Of a stretch of DNA of 64,000 nt, positions 57,919 through 64,000 are shown piece after piece; within the stretch, counting starts at the first letter, position 1, and each line of letters opens with the position of its first letter. The position numbers and the translations under genes are program-made. A model generated the notes under the pieces. It worked only from the letters and a program-made list of their open reading frames with translations. It searched no databases and had not been told where the DNA came from. Location: the IMG/VR virus record IMGVR_UViG_3300045988_171725, positions 32,001 to 96,000 of that record, one strand, 5' to 3'. Source of the stretch: a virus.

Positions 57919-58974
57919 ATGCTCAAAGACATAAAGGAAAAGCTCATAACCAACGCGGACGCGCTCATTGAATTACTCGAAGAATTCGGATTTGAAAAAA
58001 TTACTCCGCGAGTAAGCGAAATTCGGTGCGCCCGCGACGCAGATGGTGGCGGCAATAACATTCAGATTCGTCTCAATAATAACGACGGCGCGTATGTTAC
58101 CGATTACGCACGCGGAACGAAAGGCGAAGATATAATCGCTTATATAATGCGTGAGAAAGGCGTTGATTTCCGCACAGTCGTTGGGAAAATTCAGAAAATT
58201 CTCGGTTTATCGGACGATTGGGCGAAGCAAAAACAATTGCCGTTATTCGGCGAGTTTTACAATCAAATCGGGCGAAAGAACGCGGAAATCGAAGTGAAGA
58301 CTTATCCTGAAAGCGTGCTCGACCAATACGATATGACACCGAACGAACGCTGGATAAAAGACGGAATTACGATCGAGGCACAGCGGTTTTACAATGTTGG
58401 GTATGACCAATACGACCAAAGGATTATATTTCCTATTCGTAATGCGGAAACGGGCATGCTCATGGGAATTAAAAAAAGACGCAATTATTCAACGACTGAC
58501 GAGAGTGACCCGAAATATGTTTACGAAAAAGACTATGCTTGCTTAATGAGCCAAACGCTTTTCAATTATTCGGAAAGTTACGGCGATTTATACGGGAACG
58601 AAGTTTGGGTTGTCGAGTCGGAAAAAACTTGTATGGTCAGTTACGGGTTTGGCGTAAAAAACATCGTCGCTCTCGGTTCGCACTCGTTGTCGGAAAAACA
58701 GGCGCAGTTAATTTTACAGCTCAACCCGAAACGCGTGATTATGGCTCTCGACGAAGGGCTGGATTTCGAGGCGACCGAAACAAACCTCAAATTGTTAAAA
58801 TCGTTTTCGGCGTTACGCGATATCGAATTTTGGTATTGGGATACGACGCTCGACCCGACGATCAAAGGGACGAAGTGTGGTCCGTGCGACAATGGCGCGG
58901 AGTATTTCGAAAAGGTAAAAAACGAACAGTTGAAGAGGTGGGATTATGGCAAAAAGAAAGATGAAGAAATTTAA
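57919..58974 (+). CDS. DNA primase, Toprim-domain (DnaG-like)
   Basis: 351 aa. The Toprim pattern is VWVVESEKTCM (Glu) ... VIMALDEGLD (acidic cluster). An N-terminal helical region is typical of phage primases. Confidence 0.6.
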   Translation: MLKDIKEKLITNADALIELLEEFGFEKITPRVSEIRCARDADGGGNNIQIRLNNNDGAYVTDYARGTKGEDIIAYIMREKGVDFRTVVGKIQKILGLSDDWAKQKQLPLFGEFYNQIGRKNAEIEVKTYPESVLDQYDMTPNERWIKDGITIEAQRFYNVGYDQYDQRIIFPIRNAETGMLMGIKKRRNYSTTDESDPKYVYEKDYACLMSQTLFNYSESYGDLYGNEVWVVESEKTCMVSYGFGVKNIVALGSHSLSEKQAQLILQLNPKRVIMALDEGLDFEATETNLKLLKSFSALRDIEFWYWDTTLDPTIKGTKCGPCDNGAEYFEKVKNEQLKRWDYGKKKDEEI

Positions 58975-59380
58975 AGGTTTTCACAATTTATCGGCGGGGC
59001 TTTTTGGCTATCGCGGTTGGTATTGGTATAAAAACATCGGTGATTTATGGATTTTGATTAAGCGTGTGTTTTTTGTCTTGAATCACGGTTATGCTCCGCA
59101 AGCGTTATGGGAAACTGACGGTTGGTTTATCGGCGTTATGCGGGAGATTTTGACAGATTACCGTAATAATCGAGGTTTCGTCGGGTTCTTTGACCGCGAA
59201 ACAGAAACCGAAGAAGAAAACGAGAAAAAGACGAATGAATTGCTCGATTATATGATTGGTTTGCTCGATAAAATGGAGCTTGACTATATATGCGATGAAA
59301 AAACGATGAAAGAATCTGATAAGGCGAGAACGGAATTTTTTACGTTGTTTTGTAAATATTTTTATAATTTTTGTGATTAA
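58946..59380 (+). CDS. Early hypothetical protein
   Basis: 144 aa, SD GAGGTGGG. It overlaps the primase 3' end. Confidence 0.45.
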   Translation: MAKRKMKKFKGFHNLSAGLFGYRGWYWYKNIGDLWILIKRVFFVLNHGYAPQALWETDGWFIGVMREILTDYRNNRGFVGFFDRETETEEENEKKTNELLDYMIGLLDKMELDYICDEKTMKESDKARTEFFTLFCKYFYNFCD

Positions 59381-59403
59381 TTTTAAAATTGGAGAAGGGT
59401 GTT

Positions 59404-59718
59404 ATGAAGGTTTTGGAAAATAACAAAGAGACAAAGGAATATCTCAATTCTCTCCCGAAAGCTTATATCGCGGCTTGTTGGGCTGGTTGGGGCGTTCGTG
59501 ATTTCCCGTTCAGTGGTAAATACGAAGACAAAGAAAAAACTATTCCGCTCGTTTGGGATTATTTCGATTTCAACGGAGCCGCCGATGAATGGCATTTAAT
59601 TAGTATTTACGACACGACGACTGGATTTATTGCTGGTTGGTCTTTTAATGAGGCGATGTTAAAAGATTATGTTCGTCTTAAAAACGCAGAACGCGGGGAA
59701 GAGTGGAGAAATAAGTAA
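59404..59718 (+). CDS. Early hypothetical protein
   Basis: ATG 59404 follows GGAGAAGGG. Confidence 0.45.
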   Translation: MKVLENNKETKEYLNSLPKAYIAACWAGWGVRDFPFSGKYEDKEKTIPLVWDYFDFNGAADEWHLISIYDTTTGFIAGWSFNEAMLKDYVRLKNAERGEEWRNK

Positions 59719-59743
59719 AAGTAATTGTACAGAGGTGGTATAG

Positions 59744-60205
59744 ATGGATTGGTTCGAAATATGTATTATTGTTTTGTGCGTAGTTGTTGTTTTGATGTAT
59801 CTCGTATGTACAGTTGGTTTTTGCATACTTACTCGGCGTTATAAAAAGTTTTACGAAACGACGGAAGAAGGCAGGAAACTTTATTGCGCCTTATACACGA
59901 AAGACCGTTTGGGCAGTAAACATGATTGGCTTGTAAATCGAATGAGTGAATTGCGAGATAAGATAGACGAATTTGAAACCTATTTCCCCGAAGAGAGTCA
60001 CGAAAAAGCGTCTATACATGAAATGAAAGCTCGATATAAAGAATACTCTGATGAACTTTATCGCACGAAAGAAGCTATGACTGATTGGGGTGAACGAATT
60101 AACAAAATGGTCGCGGCGTTGCCAAAAAAGTATAGCGATATCTTGGAGTACAACTGGGCAAATGCAAAAGTAGAAGTTAAGGAGGAGGAAAGCATATGTT
60201 GGTAA
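59744..60205 (+). CDS. Early membrane protein (one N-terminal TM helix)
   Basis: 153 aa, SD AGAGGTGG. The TM helix is ICIIVLCVVVVLMYLVCTVGFCIL. Confidence 0.5.
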   Translation: MDWFEICIIVLCVVVVLMYLVCTVGFCILTRRYKKFYETTEEGRKLYCALYTKDRLGSKHDWLVNRMSELRDKIDEFETYFPEESHEKASIHEMKARYKEYSDELYRTKEAMTDWGERINKMVAALPKKYSDILEYNWANAKVEVKEEESICW

Positions 60206-60570
60206 AAGATTGGTTAAGCGTAGTTATTCCCGCGTCGAATATTAAGGTCATAGACGGGAATATCTCAGCATATGGAACAAAGGAAAGTCTAGAAGAAAAT
60301 TATGGGGATTTCGACTTGAAAAGAGTTGAGCAAGTAGATGACACAGATCTGTTGATTCTTTATGTTTCGACTAAATGCCCTCATTACAAAACCCGAACAG
60401 TCAAACACTATCTGAGCGAATACGAAAGGGGATATTACGCCGCATTATACGGCGGCACTCAATATGAGTGCATTGACGAAGAAGAATCTTATTGTTTCGG
60501 GACGAAGAACTGCGAAGTTTGCCATTGTGGTGGAGATAAAAGAAAGTGTGATTTTTATCCCGCTAAATAA
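60196..60570 (+). CDS. Early Cys-rich hypothetical protein
   Basis: 124 aa, SD AAGGAGGAGG. The C-terminus reads CEVCHCGGDKRKC. Confidence 0.5.
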   Translation: MLVKDWLSVVIPASNIKVIDGNISAYGTKESLEENYGDFDLKRVEQVDDTDLLILYVSTKCPHYKTRTVKHYLSEYERGYYAALYGGTQYECIDEEESYCFGTKNCEVCHCGGDKRKCDFYPAK

Positions 60571-60604
60571 AATCGGAATTTTATCAAAAACCTCGTTCAA
60601 ACAG

Positions 60605-60633
60605 TTGACAAACGGATTTCGGTGTGCTATAAT
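60605..60633 (+). promoter_or_regulatory. Consensus sigma70-type promoter
   Basis: TTGACA (60605-10), a 17-nt spacer, and TATAAT (60628-33). Confidence 0.7.
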
Positions 60634-60662
60634 AAAGCCACAGATTGAGTAAAGGAGTAAAT

Positions 60663-61367
60663 ATGAGAGAAGATTATACTTTTTACAATTGTTATTGTCA
60701 TGATAATGTTCCTATTGACTTTAAAGCTTATGTGCTAAATCAACTTAGAGATTTGGGTTATTTTAATTGGCTTAGAGATGAACCTAGATGGATTAAAGAA
60801 GAGGAAGATTTTTTAAATTCCACCCAAAGAATCCCTTACATAGAAAGGGAAATAAAACGAGACCAAAAAAGAATAAGAGAAGCCAAGGAATTTCTTAAAC
60901 AAATAAAAGAGCACCCTGATGAAGAGTATGGGAAATACGTGAAAGACGAAACCGAGAAATGGCAGGCGCAGTATAATACCAAAATTAACAACAAAACAGA
61001 TTATGCCACTGAGCGCATTAAATACCTGAAACGCCGTGCCGATGAGTTGCAGTCTTTTCTTAATAGTTGGGAGACGCCTGATGAATATTACAACGTGACT
61101 GAAACTTTGAATAATCAGCTTTTGACTGTAAGAAAAGAAGCCAAAGAGCAGCAAGAAGATAGAAAACTGTTTTATGACAACCTTGAAGACAAACCCGTTA
61201 TAGCGTCTGAGGAAGTTTATCTGGAAGATATTAAAGAACAGTGTGAAGACATTATAAAGAGAAGTCGGAATTGGATTTCTGATAATAAAAGAAATATCGA
61301 AAGAATGAAAAAGCAGGACGAGGCCACCCATAAATTATTTGAGTCTTTTAAACAGTTGGGTTTATAA
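60663..61367 (+). CDS. Early hypothetical protein (coiled-coil-rich)
   Basis: SD AAAGGAG precedes ATG 60663 (the track start at 60645 is TTG). Confidence 0.5.
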   Translation: MREDYTFYNCYCHDNVPIDFKAYVLNQLRDLGYFNWLRDEPRWIKEEEDFLNSTQRIPYIEREIKRDQKRIREAKEFLKQIKEHPDEEYGKYVKDETEKWQAQYNTKINNKTDYATERIKYLKRRADELQSFLNSWETPDEYYNVTETLNNQLLTVRKEAKEQQEDRKLFYDNLEDKPVIASEEVYLEDIKEQCEDIIKRSRNWISDNKRNIERMKKQDEATHKLFESFKQLGL

Positions 61368-61382
61368 TAAGAGGTGTTGGTT

Positions 61383-61616
61383 ATGAAAGTTAAAGAATTA
61401 TTTAAAGTTGTAGATACAAGATTTTTCTGTCCTGATATTACTATTGTTGACGACGCAAACTCAAGAAGTGTAAAAACATTTAAGTATCCACAGGATGGCA
61501 GAACTTATGTTGATGGAATGCTTAATCAATTTGAGGATAGAACAATTGTACAATATGGTGTTGATTTTGGTACTGATGAAAATGGAATTGACTACATTAT
61601 AATCGAGGTAGAATAA
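61383..61616 (+). CDS. Early hypothetical protein
   Basis: SD AGAGGTG precedes ATG 61383. Confidence 0.45.
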   Translation: MKVKELFKVVDTRFFCPDITIVDDANSRSVKTFKYPQDGRTYVDGMLNQFEDRTIVQYGVDFGTDENGIDYIIIEVE

Positions 61617-61617
61617 T

Positions 61618-61875
61618 ATGAAAATAAAAGATTTATTTGATAAAAATAAAGGTAAAGTTATTATAGAATATCATAATGGTATTAAACACGAGTTTAACAC
61701 TTATGAAGAATATGAAAAATATCTAAACGATTATTTTGGAGATAAAATAGTTAATTCTGTGCTTAATGAGAGTATAGAAAGTAGAATTTCAGAGGTTTAT
61801 AGTTTAGAATTTAATCTTAGAGATGATAAAGGTAGAATTTTTAACTATGAAGAATTCTTGTGGGAAGTGCAATAA
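61618..61875 (+). CDS. Early hypothetical protein
   Basis: 85 aa, SD GAGGTAG, tightly packed. Confidence 0.45.
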   Translation: MKIKDLFDKNKGKVIIEYHNGIKHEFNTYEEYEKYLNDYFGDKIVNSVLNESIESRISEVYSLEFNLRDDKGRIFNYEEFLWEVQ

Positions 61876-61876
61876 T

Positions 61877-62065
61877 ATGAATAAAGAAGAAATTTCTTGG
61901 GTTGTAGGTGAGGCTATTCATTTTGCTTATGAAGTTGGCTATTTAGATTGTGAGTTAAAAAGAGGCTATTCTAATTTTGATAAAATAGTAGAAAAAGTTT
62001 TAGAATATTTAGATAATGATTCTGAAAGAAATATATTAAAGAAACTTTTAGGTAAAGAGGTTTAA
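61877..62065 (+). CDS. Early hypothetical protein
   Basis: ATG 61877 lies 1 nt after the upstream stop. The track start at 61823 overlaps the previous gene. Confidence 0.4.
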   Translation: MNKEEISWVVGEAIHFAYEVGYLDCELKRGYSNFDKIVEKVLEYLDNDSERNILKKLLGKEV

Positions 62066-62068
62066 GTT

Positions 62069-62368
62069 ATGTTTGTAATAAGTATAAAGAGAATATTTGA
62101 TTGTTCAGGAAACAAATTAGAGAAACCAGAATATGAATATTTTAGTTATGATAAATATGCGGGTTCTTTTAGTATTGGCTATCCTACTTGGGATGATTTT
62201 TATCATGCTGAAACTTTTAAAACTGCTGAACAAGCTAAAAAGGTTTATATGGAAAATTTACATATTCTTTATTGCTGTTGGAAAGATTATGACAGGGACA
62301 GTGTAAGAATTTGTGAAGTTAAATTTAAGCCTGTAGAAAAATTGCCTTGGAAGGAAAATAAAGATTAA
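62069..62368 (+). CDS. Early hypothetical protein
   Basis: 99 aa, SD AAAGAGG. Confidence 0.45.
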   Translation: MFVISIKRIFDCSGNKLEKPEYEYFSYDKYAGSFSIGYPTWDDFYHAETFKTAEQAKKVYMENLHILYCCWKDYDRDSVRICEVKFKPVEKLPWKENKD

Positions 62369-62370
62369 TT

Positions 62371-62664
62371 ATGAAAGTTAAAACTTACCATATTGAAGTC
62401 AATTCCTTTAAGGAGGGAAAAGATTATTCTTTAGAGTAAACTGTAGAAGCAGTAGATATTTACGATGCCATGGAAGTAGTAGAAAATTATTGCTGTGACA
62501 ATCATGGAACTTGTGAAATTACTAGTGTGAAAAAAATAGATAAAAACACTTTTACATGTGAAGTTTGTAAAAGAAAATATCAGTGGGCTTTTCCATGCAC
62601 GCCTGATGACTGCGAGGAGAGGTTAAAAGATTTTTGTGAAGGAAAAGACGATAGGGTGGAGTGA
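62371..62664 (+). pseudogene. Small Cys-rich ORF interrupted by an in-frame TAA (62437-62439), or two separate mini-ORFs
   Basis: ATG 62371 (MKVKTYHIEVNSFKEGKDYSLE*) is in frame with track ORF 62470-62664. The ATG at 62470 has no SD. Confidence 0.35.
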
Positions 62665-62703
62665 TATGACTAATTTTAAAAAAAATAAAACAAGGAGAAG
62701 ATT

Positions 62704-63105
62704 ATGAAAAAGATTATTAAAATTATGTTGACTTTAATGATTGCTATAATGATGATTTTTGCTTCTGGCTGTAATCAAGCAGATACGATGAGATACAATA
62801 TTCAGAAGGAAGCGGACAAATTCAATGTCTATCGAAAGATTACATTTGTAAATCTATATACTGGTCAGCTTCTTTACAGTGCAGAAGGTTATTTTTCTGT
62901 ACAAACTACATATGACAACAATTATCAAGGACAACAAGAAATAGGTATCGTATTTAACGTTGCCAAGAACGAATATAAAATGGACTATTTCAGTATTGCC
63001 GAGAACGTATGCTATGTTATCGAGCAAGCAAAAAACACGACGGGAGATCCGTACCATTGGAAAATTGTTTGGTATATAGCAATTCCCGAAAACGTAGGTG
63101 GTTAA
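62704..63105 (+). CDS. Lipoprotein
   Basis: 133 aa, SD AAGGAGAAG. The signal peptide has a lipobox-like end (MLTLMIAIMMIFASG|C). Confidence 0.65.
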   Translation: MKKIIKIMLTLMIAIMMIFASGCNQADTMRYNIQKEADKFNVYRKITFVNLYTGQLLYSAEGYFSVQTTYDNNYQGQQEIGIVFNVAKNEYKMDYFSIAENVCYVIEQAKNTTGDPYHWKIVWYIAIPENVGG

Positions 63106-63125
63106 AAATAAGGAGAGAAACAATA

Positions 63126-63455
63126 ATGAAAATTTGGGTTGATGATGAAAGAGAAATGCCAAAAGACTATAGTTGCACCGCTTGTACAACCAGATGTGCT
63201 CTTTATTTTATCGAGAAAGCTTTTTATAATAAAGATGATGTAGAAATTTCTCTCGATCATGATGCTGGAAAATATGCCGATATGGGCGGTGATTATATTA
63301 AAATTTTAGAGAAATTGGAAGAGTTATCTTATGAATATCCAATGGTTAAAGATTATATCAAAAACAAAATGACCTTTCATCTTCACACAGCAAACCCAGT
63401 TGGAAGAGAGAACATGAGAAGAATTATTCAGAAAAATGGTTGGAAGGAAGTATGA
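63126..63455 (+). CDS. cREC-like (cyclic-phosphate-processing receiver-type) domain protein
   Basis: SD AAGGAGAG precedes ATG 63126 (the track start at 63009 lacks an SD). The pattern KIWVDDEREMP...ISLDHDAG...GGDYIKILEKL...FHLHTANPVGRENM matches my memory of this family. Confidence 0.5.
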   Translation: MKIWVDDEREMPKDYSCTACTTRCALYFIEKAFYNKDDVEISLDHDAGKYADMGGDYIKILEKLEELSYEYPMVKDYIKNKMTFHLHTANPVGRENMRRIIQKNGWKEV

Positions 63456-63559
63456 AAGATAGAGATAATTTAAAATAAGTATAAAAATATAGCGTCAACT
63501 AATTTTATACTATAATATATAATTAAATTATAAAAATTATTTGGAGGTGCCATTAAAAT

Positions 63560-64000
63560 ATGGTGGAATTTATTTTAGGTTTAATTGCTATTGCAATTGG
63601 TGTTATTGTTGGAACAGTTCTTAAGAGATACTCTATTGTGGAAACTGTAAATAACTCGGATAATGAAAGAGTTAAGGTTAAGACCAATCCTCTTAAGAAA
63701 TATGCAGTCATTCCTATTGCAGCTGGAATTGTTTTAGGGTGTATTGGTACATTCTGTGGTAGTGTTGTGTCGGTAACTACAGGTAATACTGGTGTTGTAT
63801 CTACTTTCGGTAAAGTTGAAAACTATACTCTTGAGTCAGGATTCCATTTTAAAGCTCCTTGGAATACTGTAACAGAGATGGATAATAGAGTTCAGAAGCA
63901 GACTATTGAAATGAAATGCTTTAGCTCTGATATTCAGGAAGTTAGTATGAAATATACTCTTAACTATCAAATTGATCGTGCTAATGCTCAGGAAATTTAT
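63560..64000 (+). CDS. SPFH/band-7 (prohibitin-like) membrane protein, partial (runs off window end)
   Basis: SD GGAGGTG precedes ATG 63560. N-terminal TM segments are followed by TGNTGVVSTFGKVENYTLESGFHFKAPWNTVTEMDNRVQK, typical of SPFH domains. Confidence 0.6.
   Translation, partial: MVEFILGLIAIAIGVIVGTVLKRYSIVETVNNSDNERVKVKTNPLKKYAVIPIAAGIVLGCIGTFCGSVVSVTTGNTGVVSTFGKVENYTLESGFHFKAPWNTVTEMDNRVQKQTIEMKCFSSDIQEVSMKYTLNYQIDRANAQEIY

Noticed and set aside
58539-58964. 141-aa + strand ORF in an alternative frame within the primase gene
   Set aside because: It is nested in the Toprim primase ORF, has no SD, and has an Arg-rich composition typical of an off-frame.
63456-63559. Possible promoter (TATAAT at about 63514-63519) ahead of the SPFH gene
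   Set aside because: The hexamer 17 nt upstream (TATAGC) is a poor -35, and the region is generally AT-rich. This is too weak to call without transcript data.

Overview
This window is a contiguous ~64 kb stretch of a tailed dsDNA phage genome. It has siphovirus-type gene order and strong AGGAGG-type ribosome-binding sites, as in low-GC Gram-positive hosts. Every credible gene is on the + strand. I saw no rRNA, tRNA or CRISPR array. All functional calls rest on motifs read by eye and on gene order; no database search or computation was run.

Gene order:
- a partial upstream gene, then a homing-endonuclease-like gene (HEG)
- possible small terminase, large terminase, portal, and a protease/scaffold protein with a cysteine-rich coiled-coil tail
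- major capsid protein, then a second free-standing HEG behind its own consensus sigma70 promoter
- head-tail genes, major tail protein, then a strong terminator
- a ~16 kb block of ten fibre-type genes, four of them collagen-like, with a tyrosine recombinase embedded in it, then a terminator
- a possible tail chaperone and a giant tape-measure gene
- tail-tip/baseplate genes, then a strong terminator
- an early region driven by consensus sigma70 promoters: Toprim primase, many small ORFs, a lipoprotein, a cREC-like protein and an SPFH protein running off the window end

Most notable observations:
1. The tape-measure gene appears to be split into four exons by three related group I introns, each carrying a PD-(D/E)XK-type endonuclease ORF. 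Applying group I splice-site rules rebuilds one 3,291-codon ORF.
2. A tyrosine recombinase is translationally coupled into the late fibre operon, among modular, compositionally mosaic fibre cassettes.
3. There are five paralogous or related endonuclease genes in total.
4. The scaffold gene encodes a six-fold heptad 'cysteine ladder'.
5. Two single-nucleotide frame breaks sit at homopolymers, and one gene carries an in-frame TAA.
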